NCBI GenBank assembly: GCA_950097015.1
Contig: CATNEN010000001.1
Location: 21,204,001-21,268,000, forward strand
DNA length: 64,000 nucleotides
Source: Macrostomum hystrix
Taxonomy: Eukaryota > Animalia > Platyhelminthes
Direction: 5' to 3'
In this document: positions 39,448-51,542 of the stretch, one piece after another
Position numbering within the stretch: position 1 is the first letter of the stretch
Layout: every line of letters starts with the position of its first letter
Program-made: the position numbers and the translations under genes
Notes under the pieces: generated by a model
What the model saw: only the letters and a program-made list of their open reading frames with translations
What the model was told of the DNA's origin: nothing
The model's database searches: none

Positions 39448-41389
39448 CTAGCAAGTTTTGCCCCCCTTCGGGGAGCAGAAATAATTTTAATTCGTTCAGT
39501 ATATACTTTTTAGCAGCGGTATAATTTTCAGCTTTTTTTTAACTACAATGATCCCCCAGTTGACAATGATCACCCAGTTGACAATGATCACCCAGTTGAG
39601 AATGATCCCCCAGTTGACAATGATCCCCCAGTTGACAATGATCCCCCAGTTGACAATGATCCCCCAGTTGAGAATGATCCCCCAGTTGACAATGATCACC
39701 CAGTTGAGAATGATCAACCAGTTAACAATGATCCCCCAGTTTAAAATGATACCCCAGTTGAACACAATCCCCCCCAGTTGACAATGATCCCCCAGTTGAC
39801 AATGATCACCCAGTTGAACACAATTCCCCCCCCCCCAGTTGACAATGATCCCCCAGTTGACAATGATCCCCCAGTTGAGAATGATCCCCCAGTTGACAAT
39901 GATCACCCAGTTGAAAATGATCAACCAGTTGACAATGATCCCCCAGTTGAAAATGATACCCCAGTTGAACACAATCCCCCCCAGTTGACAATGATCCCCC
40001 AGTTGACAATGATCCCCCAGTTGACAATGATCACCCAGTTGAGAATGATCAACCAGTTGACAATGATCCCCCAGTTGAAAATGATACCCCAGTTGAACAC
40101 AATCCCGCCCAGTTGACAATGATCCCCCAGTTGACAATGATCCCCCAGTTGACAATGATCCCCCAGTTGAGAATGATCCCCCAGTTGACAATGATCACCC
40201 AGTTGAGAATGATCAACCAGTTGACAATGATCCCCCAGTTGAAAATGATACCCCAGTTGAACACAATCCCCCCCAGTTGACAATGATCCCCCAGTTGACA
40301 ATGATCACCCAGTTGAACACAATTCCCCCCAGTTGACAATGATCCCCCAGTTGACAATGATCCCCCAGTTGAACACAATTCCCCCCAGTTGAGAATGATC
40401 CCCCAGTTGACAATGATCCCCCAGTTGAGAATGATCCCCCAGTTGAGAATGATCCCCCAGTTGACAATGATCCCCCAGTTGACAATGATCCCCCAGTTGA
40501 CAATGATCCCCAAGTTGACAATGATCCCCCAGTTGACAATGATCCCCCAGTTGACCACGATCCCCCAGTTGACAATGATCCTCCATTTGATGACTACCTA
40601 TTGATGATGATCCCCAGTTGACAATGATCCTCCATTTGATGTCTACCCATTGATGATGATCCCCAGTTGACAATGATCCCCAGTTGACACTCTGGGGGAA
40701 CTCTGGTTGGCAATTATTCAAGCTCTGGTTTAGCCATGATTCAAACAATGGTTTAGCCATGATTTAAATGATGGTTTAGCCATGCAAAAGTGAATTAAAA
40801 GTCGGCCTTTATTTTCAAAATTAAATAAAAGAATTTTGCTCCGCATCCATCACTACTGTTTTAAATATTTGTCGCAGTGTAGAGTCGAACCAAGGCAAGC
40901 CTAGCCTAACCCAATCTAAGAGCCTACACATCGGCTACTCCGACTGTTGGATTGTGAATGCAAAAATTAGCCTTATAAAATGAATTCTCAAAGTTCTGGC
41001 TCTGTTCAAATAGAGTACACTTAGGTTGTGTACATTTATTTCAAATTCAGCTAGGGGGCGTTGTGCATGTTGAATATGCAATTCCAATTCAGCGGCAGTC
41101 AGTGAAATTCCGGCCCTGATGCAATCATTAAAATTGGCAGTGGTATGCACGTTGACTTATAAACTGGCTGTGAGTGAATGCATTGAAAATCCTATTTAAA
41201 ACAGTTTTTCGAATATTTAATCCCCTTAGCAATGAAGTAAAGCTTAATAAAAATACGTGCAAAATTTTCCCCATATTTGGCATCTTTTGGTAAAGAAATG
41301 GTGAAAATCGGTTGAGCCGTTTGGGAGAAAATCAATTACAAGCAAGTAACCAAGCATTTCATTTTTAGTATAGTGGAACTCAATAATGA
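39448..41389 (-). mobile_element. Non-autonomous Helitron carrying an 18-bp minisatellite
   Basis: The minus-strand 3' end has hairpin GCTCCCC-GAA-GGGGGGC then CTAG|T at 39448. The 5' TC lies at 41377 (TCCACTATACTAAA) or 41389; either excision restores the Penelope frame. No TSD. Confidence 0.75.
39545..40690. repeat. 18-bp minisatellite (ATGATCCCCCAGTTGACA)n
   Basis: Visible array of ~60 copies inside the Helitron. Confidence 0.97.
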
Positions 41390-41542
41390 TCGTAGCCCCG
41401 TGATTATGGTTCCTTTTTTGGGCCTCTGCTCCATGGAGTTTGGGAAGAAAGTGGAAAAATTGTTTAGAAGTCACATTGATTCCCAGCTCCTGGTTTTGTT
41501 CCGCACGGAAAAGATTGCTCAGTTTATCTGCAGGTTGAAGTC

Positions 41543-44337
41543 TGTTACGTCCTTAGTAGCACGGAAGAAAGCCGTAAGATAGTGTTTGAGCGTTGGCGGG
41601 CTTATGCCACTCATTAGCGTAGCCGCTCCCAAAAAACACATAATATATTTCTATGGCTCGCTAGCCGTCTTAAGCATTCAATACTGTAACGAGTATCCAG
41701 GGTTTCAACCCTAGACCCTTTTAGAAGCAGCAAGCAAACTAGGCAGCAAGCAAACTAAATCTGTGTCACGTCACAACATCCCTCTTCCTTTCAATCTTGA
41801 GCCTGATACCTCTCCGGCGGTCTTCGCGTTCGCTGGGGGTATCTGCGATCCGCCATCGGTTGATCCTCAGCACTTGGAGGTTCTCTCTCTGGCTCATTCG
41901 TTGCCTCGGCTCTGTCCCTGACATGGTCACGGTGCACGACCAGATCTCGTCCTTGCTCGTCCCGCACTCGTCTCAACTGTTCGCCGACAGCTTCGCGCAG
42001 TACTCCTTCGCTCCACTCCTTATTAAACGGATCCTGGACCCAGACTGGGCTGTAGGCTTGGTCAATACGCTTGTCTTGAAAGGACCGACGGTGCAGCAGT
42101 GAGAGTCGCGTGTTGAACTCGCGCCCAAACATTTCTCGGCATGGCGCGACTCCGTTTACTCTTGGACAGACGCGCACCGCGTACAATGCCTGTTGCATCC
42201 GAACCCCCGGATCTGGGTCATTCAGCTGCTTCAGCTTGGTCTTTAGCTTTTTCACGGCAGCCTCTGCTACGCCATTTGATGCGGGGTGGTAGCGGGGCGA
42301 CTTCAGGTGTAACACTCCCATTCTCTTCAGCCAGGCCTCCGTCTCATGAGCCACAAACTGTCGTCCGTTGTCAGTGACGAGTACCTCTGGGATGCCAAAG
42401 TTGCAAAATGCTCTTCGGAGTACTCTAATGACCGACGTTGCATCAACTTCGCGCACCCATTCGGCAGCGATGAATCCCGTCTTGGCGTCCGAAACCACCA
42501 GGAAGTTGCTTCCCTCCAGTTGTCCCAGGTCAGCATGCACTCGGCCCCACGCCTCCTTTGGTACTGGCCACGGTTTGAGCACCGATTTCTGGGACGGTCT
42601 CAAGCGCTGGCACGTGTGGCATTCCGACACGCACTTTTCTATCTCCGTCTCCATTAGCGGCCACCAGACATACTGGCGGGCCCACGCCTTCATGGCTTGC
42701 ATTTCGGGATGGGAGCAGTGGAGAAATTGGATGACTCGTGCTCGGAACTTCACCGGGATGACGATCCGATGGTCCAATAACAGTAGATGGTCGCTGCAAT
42801 TCAGCCTGCTCTGTACTCTTCTGTGAGTCCGGCACGTCTTCACCAGATCGCAACTTCTGTAGAACGTCTAGGATCTCCTTGTCCTCCTTAGACGCCTGCT
42901 CCATCTGCTCCTTCGTGACGGGTCCATCTTCTGACAAGGCGATGTCCACCGCCGCCACTTCATTAACCGCTTCAGTCGCCGTTTTGTCGCTCCAGTTATT
43001 GCCGTCTGTTGGTAGTCTCGACAACGCGTCGGCATGCGGAATTTCGTGCGTTCGTTTGCCTCTGACTTTATACTGGTACGTAGCCAGCAGCTCCGCCCAG
43101 CGCTGAACTCTCTTACTTGCTCTCTCGGGCAGGTCTTTGTGTGATGCGAATAAGAATTCTAGCGGCTTGTGATCGGTCACAATTACAAAACTCCGATACG
43201 CTAGGAATCGATTTAGCTTCTTGACGCACCAGACCACTCCGAGGGCTTCCCGTTCTAGCTGGCTGTATCGCGACTCCGCCGGTGTGAGTTTCTTGGACAC
43301 AAACGCCACTGGCTTTCCGTTCTGTTCCAGGACTCCTCCCACGCCATAGGGTGAAGCATCCGTAGTCAGGATCAGCTCCTCGTTTGGATCGTAGGGTGCC
43401 AGGACATGCCTTGACGTGATGTCCTGCTTCAGCTGCACCACTGCACTCCTGTGCTCCGGCCTCCAATTCCAATCCGCGTCCTTCTTTAGCAGATCATATA
43501 GGACAGCTGTCTTCATGGCTACTTGCGGGATGAACGGTGCATAGAAATTGATAAGCCCCAGAAATGTTCGCAATTCTTCCAGGTTTCTCGGGTCGGGCAT
43601 GTCGTGCACTGCTGTCACTTTCTCTTCATTCATCCGGCAGCCATCACTTAAGATCTTCAGGGCTAGGAACTCGACTTCGTCCTTGTCCAGCTCGCACTTC
43701 TTGGCATTTAATGTGATCTGGTTCTCCTTCAGCCTTTGCAGTATAATGTTCGTCTTCTCCGCCAAATCTTCGCGTGTTTTCCCGCAGACCAGAATGTCGT
43801 CAATGAACACCACCACTCCCAGAACATCCCGAAACAGTTCACATAGGACATTTTGAAATATCCCGGGCGCAGACGATAACCCATATGGCAGTACCTTATA
43901 GCGATAGTAGCCAAACGGTGTTGCGATGGTTGTGATGTCCCGGGACTCTTCGCTAAGCTCGATGTTGTGGTAGGCATCCTTGAGATCCAGCACCGTGAAG
44001 CGACTGCATCCTTGTATAGCTCGCTGGATATCCGCTTTCGTCGGCATCTCGATGGGTGGTAGCTGTAGGAACTGGTTGACTCGACGATAGTCACCGCAAA
44101 GTCTGATGTCTCCGGAACCCTTTGGTGCCGCGACGATTGGACTGGCGAAAACCGGCCGTTCCACTCTCTCAACGATCTTACTCTCCTCAAGCTCCTCGAG
44201 CCTCTTCTTGACTGCTGGCACAAGCGTGAATGGAAGCGGTCGAGCTCTCGAAACCACTGGTCGTGTGTTTTAGACCCTTTTAGAAGCAGCAAGCAAACTA
44301 GGCAGCAAGCAAACTAAATCTGTGTCACGTCACAACA
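41543..44337 (-). mobile_element. Ty3/Gypsy LTR retrotransposon with internal deletion (RT, RNase H, integrase retained)
   Basis: TG...CA ends and 5-bp TSD AAGTC (41538-41542, 44338-44342). Complete 3' LTR 41543-41778 with adjacent PPT; only ~68 bp of the 5' LTR (44270-44337), fused to pol. Motifs LCGDYR, LDLKDAY, FIDDIL, TDAS, TDHKPL, ADALSR, H..H/C..C, TDNG, SNGVAE; frameshift near 42840. Confidence 0.95.
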
Positions 44338-44820
44338 AAGTCCCATGTTCCTAGACTACTTGTTGCAGGTGTCGTGTATAAATTTCATTGTTCTGTGGAT
44401 CAGAACATCTCCTACATAGGTAAAACTAAGCGACACTTGTACACAAGGGTTAAGGAGCATTGGATTAGAAATTCTGCCATCAATGAGCACCTCCTCTCGT
44501 GTAACTCCTGTTGCAATAAGAACTGTTGTGATATGTTAAAAGTGATTCATTCCTGTAGCCAAGAAAACAAATTGAACATTATCGAGGCTATGTACATTAA
44601 GGCTCAGAAACCATATTTGAACAGTCAGTTAGCCATGGGGGGTGCAATCCGCCAACTCAATGTATTTTAGCTATGCTAGAAGCGTCTTTGAACTTTATTT
44701 GGTTTTTGTTTTTTCTCTTGTTAACCAGACTGGACCGAAATCGATTCGCACTTTGCATTGTACAGTTTTCATTTCTTAAAAATATATATAACTTGGTTTT
44801 GTGTGTTAAATTGATGTGTC

Positions 44821-44860
44821 TGCCCTGAAGATGACCTATTGTGGTCGAAATGCATTGGCG
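44821..44860 (+). ncRNA. Minimal type I hammerhead ribozyme in the Penelope 3' repeat
   Basis: TGCC-CTGAAGA-T-GACC(TATTGT)GGTC-GAAA-TGCA-TT-GGCG: catalytic core, stem II, palindromic tetranucleotide in place of stem III, short stem I. Confidence 0.75.
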
Positions 44861-45284
44861 AAATTCTAAGAAAATTTAAATGTTGATTCTGAGTTTTCTC
44901 TACTAAAGAATAGGCCTAGCCTATGTAAACTATAAACTTATAAAGTTATAATTATACACTAAAAAATAAGTTATAATATATTTACAAATAAATTATAAGT
45001 GAAAAAACAAGTCTACTGCATCTGAAATCAGCATGTGTCTAAATTCTACAATCTACATTAACAAGTCTACAACTACTTCTACAATTGCTATTAGAATTAT
45101 TACAATTGCTAACCAGGTGGTTATGACATTGACAGTGATGACTTCATTGCTGTGATTGCTAGCGAAAGAACGGAGGTTGTTTTCCTCCTTCCTGGCGAGA
45201 CGCTCAACAATGTCAATTCCGATGGCGGAGGCTCAACATCCCGGTGGGACAGCTTTTTGGGGCGCAGAGTGGGGCGCCGTGCGC

Positions 45285-45420
45285 CCCGCTATACGCCCAG
45301 CCGGCGCCGGGGCGCATGGTGATTTTCCTATACGCCCTTGCTATACGCCTCCCGCCGCCTGGGCGCATAGTGATTTTCCTATACGCCCTTGCTATACGCC
45401 TCCCGCCGCCTGGGCGCACA
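45285..45420. repeat. 51-bp GC-rich tandem repeat, ~2.5 copies
   Basis: Repeated GGGCGCAT[G/A]GTGATTTTCCTATACGCCCTTGCTATACGCCTCCCGCCGCCT. Confidence 0.8.
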
Positions 45421-48400
45421 GTTTTGTAAACATCACTTTTTACGCGGTTTTTTTATCTTTTCGTGTAGTACACGTGACTTATGGTTGCAGAAAAATATTA
45501 TTTCACCTTTAACATGTCTAGTTGCTCTTAAATTTGGAAATATTGTTTGCATCATTTTCGAAATTTTCTACTAAATTTTCCAACTTTTTTTTCGTATGCG
45601 AAAATTTTTGCAGGAAGATTAATTCGCCATGTGCTACTATTAGTAGAAACGATAGGATACTGTTTCAGTCATATCCTATAGCTCATTCTTTCCGAAACAC
45701 CTGCTCATGTAGACTGAAATTATATGACTCTGCATGACAACTTAGTATAATAGCTAGCTAGTATATAAATTAACATGGTTGCTTCTAATTTTCAGTTTCC
45801 TCTACATTTATCATAGAGAATAGGGACTCAAAATTCGTCGAGATCAATCTGGATTAAGGGAGGTCCCAAAATCGATTCCGTGCCTTCCCTAGAATCCCTA
45901 GATTCCCTAGATTAGTAGGGTGAGAGGGAGATCAGTAGGGTGAGATGGAGAGCAGGTATGGTGAAAGGGGGATCAGGTAGGGTGAGAGGGAGAGCAGTAG
46001 GGTGAGAGGAAGTGTGGTAGTAAGATGCAGTAGAGTGAGAGGAAGTGGGATAGTGAGATGCAGTAGAGTGAGAGGAAGTGTGGTAGTGAGATGCAGTAGA
46101 GTGAGGGGAAGTGGGGTAGTGAGATGTAGTAGAATGTTTAAATTTTAATTACGATTAATTTCATTAATGCCATTAATGGCATGAGAAGTCAGAAAGAGAT
46201 CAAAGAAAAGATTTGAGACAGAAAGAGTTTAAATTTTTAGTTTCGTATTAGTGATGTGGAGTGTGCTGCGGGAATCGAGTGGGGTTGTGAGCCAGCCAAA
46301 TTTTTCCAATTTTTAGCACGTCAATAATCGCGACCCACATAGCAGCTGGCCGCAGAACACCATCATTAATCTTAGGGCCAGACTTGGGGCGGAGGTGAAT
46401 TAAGTAGCCGCCGATTCCCCTTGTCTCGGATCTGTCTAGTCCCCTGTAGAAGTGACTGATCGCGGCCATAGCAATACTGTATGGACTAGTTTAGGTCATA
46501 ATTCCCCTCCAAACCGCGATCAGATTGTAGGGATCACTCATGCGTCTAGAGTGAGCATTAATTCTTCATGTCCCTTTTCTTTACTGTAACCCGAGCCGAA
46601 GCTCGATTATGACCTTTCCCCCTTTAGATACATGTAACGACACTATAGGCAGGTCGGCGCCTGCGCTTCCCATATCCCGGCGGGATCACAATCATTGGCC
46701 GACTGCCGGCAGACGCTCCTAGTGGGGCATCTGGCGATTCTCGCCGCCGCTTCAGTGGGCAATTGGGGTGGCATAATGCCGACCCAATTCCTCGCTGACA
46801 GGCTGGCGAGCATGTGGGTTGCTTTGATGGATGCGGGGTTGACGGAGCTGCAGGACTATTTAAGAAAGCGCGCTGCGCTGCCCCTAGAGCAACCCCCCTT
46901 GGACCTTTACCCTTCTTCCGGACCAGTCCCGGAACACGGTCCGTGGACTCTCCCCCTTGCTAGATAGAACTTAGCCCCTGAGCCTAAGGCTCCTGAGAAC
47001 AGCCACAGGTAAATTACCTGCATAGCCCCTGAGCATTTAAGCCACCCCTTTGGGTGAGCTCCAATTGAGCCGTGTGCTCCTGCGATTTGGCCCCTTGCCA
47101 ATTGCGCTAGACATCCCCGTCCCTACTTCCTCTTTCATTTGCCCTTCCTGGCGAGAACAACGGTCTGCAGCCTGTCAACCAGCATCGCAGATAAGTAACC
47201 CGCGCAGCGGACTCTAATTGCTATCCCTAAGGGATTTATTATTTAGCTATTGGGCAATAAGGGCAAGGGCAGGGATTTGTTTTCAGCCTAATAAACTATT
47301 GAATCACAGTTTTTATCTAACTTATTGGGCTCAATTTAATAACAACTTAAATCCTTCTTACTATGCATTCCTCTTCCTCTTATTTTATCGTTAGACAGCC
47401 CTCAACCATGAGTGGCTAACTTACTAGGGGGATGGGCTCTGGCACGGCCGAGCTGAAGGCTGCGGCAGGAAGGCAACTGTAAAGCGCGCATGAGAGTAGT
47501 AGGGAGCTAGGGATTTGCGAGCTAAATGCGGGATGTAGCGTGTGCATTTCTGCCTAAGAGGTGGGGGATTTCTTGGCCGGTTTTCCTCACTCTCTCGGCG
47601 GATTCCGGTGTACGCGTCAAGTTCCTTTGCCAAGTTGAATTCTCCCTCTTTTCCCCGCCTTTCGCAACCGCGGCCATGGGAGCGAGGGGCGTGATTTAAT
47701 AATTTCCTGCTGCATAATCACTCAGCCAGTGTTCAGCTTAATCTCTCCTGCCTCTGATTTCCTCAACTCACACAGATCCGGATTTGCTAGTCATCTAATG
47801 CGTAGGCTGTAGCCTAATGTACAGAATGTGTCTAATGCCTCATGAGTAGGATTCTGGCTATGGATTTCTCATTCAGGTTCTGAGTACCACCTTTCTAGAC
47901 CACTGTAGCGCAGTTTCAGGAATCCCCTGTTGAGGCGTGACTCGATTCATTCTGGGGTCTTCACCCTAGTCTAAAACGGAAGTTACAGAATGCTCTATTT
48001 TCTTCGGCTTGTCTAAGATCTGTGTGACAAACTGGGAGCTGCGAGCTCCGGGGACCCAAGTTCCCAAATGTCTGCGGTGGCAACGTAGGCGCATTGGGTG
48101 GTGGCGCTACCTTCGATCATTTATCCGCTTTGCCGATAGCCTTTCCGCATTTCTAAGACAAGAGCCTAGGCCGAGTCGACCACTGCTACCAAAGTTAGGA
48201 GTCAGTTACGAACATGCTACTGATGACAGTAGGCTATCTAGCCCTGTCCTATCCGCTTGCGGGTAGTCCGGCATCTATTTAGACTTTTAGCCGGTTTCGA
48301 GCACTGCTTGGGGTAGGCACGGCAATCATGCCTGTGGCCTATGGGTTGGGTGGGACTGGCCAGCCTGAGGCCAATAGGACCACTCGCTTGCATCCTTTGT

Positions 48401-48580
48401 ACCGCCTCATCTCTCCCTTCATCTCTCCCTTCATCCCTCCCTTCGTCTCATCCCTCTCCGCGGCAACTCGCGGCAGCAGCGTGATCGACCTCCGACGCTC
48501 TCGACGCTCTCGTCGTTTTCCACACTCCTGTCTCTCACGAGGGCGGTCATCGGCTAGCAAAAGACCCGCACGATTTCAAA

Positions 48581-48598
48581 TGGTGGCAGCGGTGGGAT
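48581..48598 (+). promoter_or_regulatory. Primer binding site complementary to the tRNA-Leu 3' end
   Basis: TGGTGGCAGCGGTGGGAT is the reverse complement of ATCCCACCGCTGCCA-CCA and lies 2 nt after a CA LTR-like end. Confidence 0.85.
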
Positions 48599-49906
48599 CT
48601 AGAAAGGGCGCGAAACGAACTTGAAATTTCAATTTAGTTTAGCGCTGCAGATTTCTGTAGTAGCTAGCCGTAAGGGCTCCTAGATTTCATTATCCGTATG
48701 CCGGAATCTTATCTCTGGTGACTGGACTTCAGTTCCGAGTAACTGTCAATTAATTTTCTTTGAACAGTTTCAATTTGATCTGGACTTCAATGTAAGGTTT
48801 TTGTTAGAATCTCAAAAATTTCTGATTAGTGTCTTTCTACTAAGAGTAGGCTGTGTGAGCGGATTTCATGCTAGAGTGTCTTCGGGTTATGTGGTTACCG
48901 TAGGATGCGTAGTACTGCCTGATGGGTTCCTAGTATAAACGTTGACTTACCGGTGTCGCGGGGGGCCTGCTTCCGAGTACTCGCATGCGAAAGTGCTGCA
49001 TAACTTTGACCAAGTCTGCCTTAGGCAAGGACCTGTTAGGGGGCTGGGATCCGGCGACCATACCGTTTTCCAGAAAGCAGCCGTCGAGTCTAACGACACC
49101 CGCGCTAGCGCCCCGAAGCTGTGCATAGTCTCTTGTTCGACCCTAAGGACGGGCTAGAATTTGGTCGGCACGGTTCTCTTAGGCTACAGGGAGACCAGGT
49201 TGGGCCAGTCTTAACAAAGAGCCGGGCATTGTCCCTACGGCCTTCTAACCGAGCGACGGGAGCCCCTGGCAATGCAGCCAGGAACCGATGACTCCCCTAG
49301 CACCGGGGATTGACCCTTCTTGAAATGAACCCTATTGGATCGTGTACTTTCCGAGGTGGGGTGGGTAGGCCAAAGACCTTGGACAGAGCACCCCATATAG
49401 TCTACCCATCGAGGTGACATGTGGGTGATATGGGAAGCTGCCATATGCAGTAGATCCGGCTTTCCTAGGTCGGCTGATGACCCTTGGGCAGGCTGCTGCA
49501 GGCGCAAGCCTGTGGTGGTGCTGACTCCGCCGTACCTATAGTGTAACAGTCCGCTATAGGATTGCAGAACGAGTGCTAAGTTAAAACCTAGACTTCTATG
49601 TCCCAAACTTAAGTGCGCGCAAACAGTTGTCAGAGGCCAAGGCTGGAAGCAAAGCTAGCCAGGGCCCTGGGCCCTTTTTCTCTCTAATTGACCTTTAATC
49701 TCCTTTTTGCTGTAGGGTTGCTAGGAGTAGGAATTCACCCGCATCATTAATCAGGGCTGGTGACTTCACAGCTCAGGCTCGTTTTTCTCTTCCCCTTGCG
49801 CGACCCCCGGTCGTGATCTGTGTTTCCTTTTCTCTCCTCCCCCATTGTTGCATCAGCACCCCCTCTTTTTCAATTCGCAAAACCCTCATTCCTCTTTTGG
49901 CCGAAA

Positions 49907-50965
49907 ATGTCCGACCAGGAGGGTGAGGTGGTGGAAGTGGTTGGAGTCAACCGCCCACCCAGAGGCCGCGCCGCAGCTGCGGCGCGCGCCGAACCCCCAG
50001 CGGCTGCTGCAGCACAGCAAGCCGACCCTGTGGAGCGCCTAGCGCTGCTTTTGGAGCGGCTGGAAGTGCGACGACCTCGGAACCACCGGGTCAAGGTCGC
50101 CATCGAGCCCTTCGAGTCCCGAAGAGATTCCTTCCCCCTCTGGCTTCGCCGATTTAACCTGAAGCTGGAGGCGGAGGGTGTTGAATCCGAGGAAGAGAAA
50201 ATCCTCACCCTCCTCGCTCACCTGGGTGGCGAGCCCCTCACCGAAGCGTTAGGGTTGCCCCGCCGGGTGACTTACGTGAGGTTTGTGCAGGATCTGACTG
50301 AAGTTCTCAGTGGCGCCTGCACCCCCTACGCCCGATTACTGAGTGGGCGCAACCTGAAGCAAGGGCGGGACGAGACATACCCCGCCTTTGCCGACAGATT
50401 AAGAACAGCGGCCCTGCAGGCCACCCCCAATGGCCATGGCGTGCACTTTGAGCGCGCCCTGTTGGCCTCATTTATGGAGGGGATAGTGGCCCCACCCGAG
50501 GTGTTGGCACCCATCATGCGGATGGAGTTTGCCAAGGCTGAGGCCGCCGCCGCCGAACTGCGTGCTGCCACGCAGGCGCATGAAATGGCGGTGGAGCGGG
50601 ATCCTCGCCGGCGGGTGCGCCAAATCAGGACAGAGTTAGATGACGAACCGGATCAGCCAGAGCCGCAGCACAGGCTGCTGGCAGAATTAACCAAGGTGAC
50701 CCAGCAGCTAGCTGAGATTTCTCAGCAGCTGCGGGAAGCCAAGCCCAACCCCACCCCCCCTCTCTGCCCACACCCAACCGGGCATCAGTGGCACCCGAAG
50801 CGTGCAGAACACGGGGCCGCTAGAGAAGCGAATCGTGAGGTGGCGATGGGAAATGGGAACGGGGCCGCCAATTGGAGGCAGGCCAACGGCTCCGCGACCC
50901 AGCCCGCAGCTCGACCGTCGGAGCGGCGGCAACCGCCGCCTCCGACCTCCGAGAAGTCCGAGTGA
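49907..50965 (+). CDS. Gypsy-type Gag (capsid) protein, 352 aa
   Basis: IEPF...FPLWLRRF, LLAHLGGE, LKQGRDETYPAFADRLR (MHR-like Q..E....F..RL), FMEGI; uninterrupted; AAAATG start. Confidence 0.85.
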   Translation: MSDQEGEVVEVVGVNRPPRGRAAAAARAEPPAAAAAQQADPVERLALLLERLEVRRPRNHRVKVAIEPFESRRDSFPLWLRRFNLKLEAEGVESEEEKILTLLAHLGGEPLTEALGLPRRVTYVRFVQDLTEVLSGACTPYARLLSGRNLKQGRDETYPAFADRLRTAALQATPNGHGVHFERALLASFMEGIVAPPEVLAPIMRMEFAKAEAAAAELRAATQAHEMAVERDPRRRVRQIRTELDDEPDQPEPQHRLLAELTKVTQQLAEISQQLREAKPNPTPPLCPHPTGHQWHPKRAEHGAAREANREVAMGNGNGAANWRQANGSATQPAARPSERRQPPPPTSEKSE

Positions 50966-51396
50966 ATGCACTCGGCCGAGTCCCCACCCGAGTGCGAACC
51001 CGCCCAAATCGCTCTGAGCAGCTCAGTGAGGTGTGGGTAGCCTTGGAGGTGGATGGGGCACCCCTGGACCTCCTCGTCGACACTGGGTCCATGGTGAATG
51101 TGCTCCCGGGCTCGTTGTCATCGATCTTCCGACACTACCCATTCGAACCCACGCAATTTTCCCTTTTTGCTTACAATGGCACACCAATTGTTGCACAGGC
51201 GCAGGTCAAAGTTAAATTACAGGTTGGCACCGAAGCGCTGGACACACTGTTCCTAGTGGTTGAGGGCGACTGCTCTCCCCTGCTCGGCGCCTCCTGGTTG
51301 GCTCACCATCATGCCATCATTGACTTTGACTCGCGCCAATTAATCATTTATCGCCAATTCCTCCCCTTTTCACTCAGGCGGAAGGCTAGATTTTAA
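50854..51396 (+). CDS. Retropepsin-type aspartic protease in the -1 frame relative to gag
   Basis: LEVDGAPLDLLVDTGSMVNVL...AYNG...FLVV...PLLGASWL..HHAIIDF; ends at TAA 51394-51396. Confidence 0.88.
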   Translation, partial: WERGRQLEAGQRLRDPARSSTVGAAATAASDLREVRVNALGRVPTRVRTRPNRSEQLSEVWVALEVDGAPLDLLVDTGSMVNVLPGSLSSIFRHYPFEPTQFSLFAYNGTPIVAQAQVKVKLQVGTEALDTLFLVVEGDCSPLLGASWLAHHHAIIDFDSRQLIIYRQFLPFSLRRKARF

Positions 51397-51542
51397 GTGA
51401 GGGTCACCGTGACCTAGGGTTAATCACCATTTTCTTTCCTCGCCCACCCCACCCTTTCTCGGGTTGTCGACTTATTTAAGCAAGGGCCGGGAAAAATTAA
51501 GCAGGGAAAATTTTACTAAAAGACGAGGAAACTAGTTTAGAC

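Larger units (their letters stand above)
38957..44890 (+). mobile_element. 5'-truncated Penelope-like element (RT C-terminus and GIY-YIG), in three pieces: 38957-39447, ~41378-41542, 44338-44890
   Basis: YKRYVDDTF, IKFTSE, LPFLDI, VFRK, NGYP; then VPFLG; then GVVYKFHC...YIGKTKRHLYTRVKEH...IEAMYI..KPYLN. The frame is restored when the two inserts are removed. Confidence 0.92.

Noticed and set aside
45117-45245. Possible CIDE-N-like exon (GYDIDSDDF...VVFLLPGE)
   Set aside because: Too short and isolated to support without a profile search.
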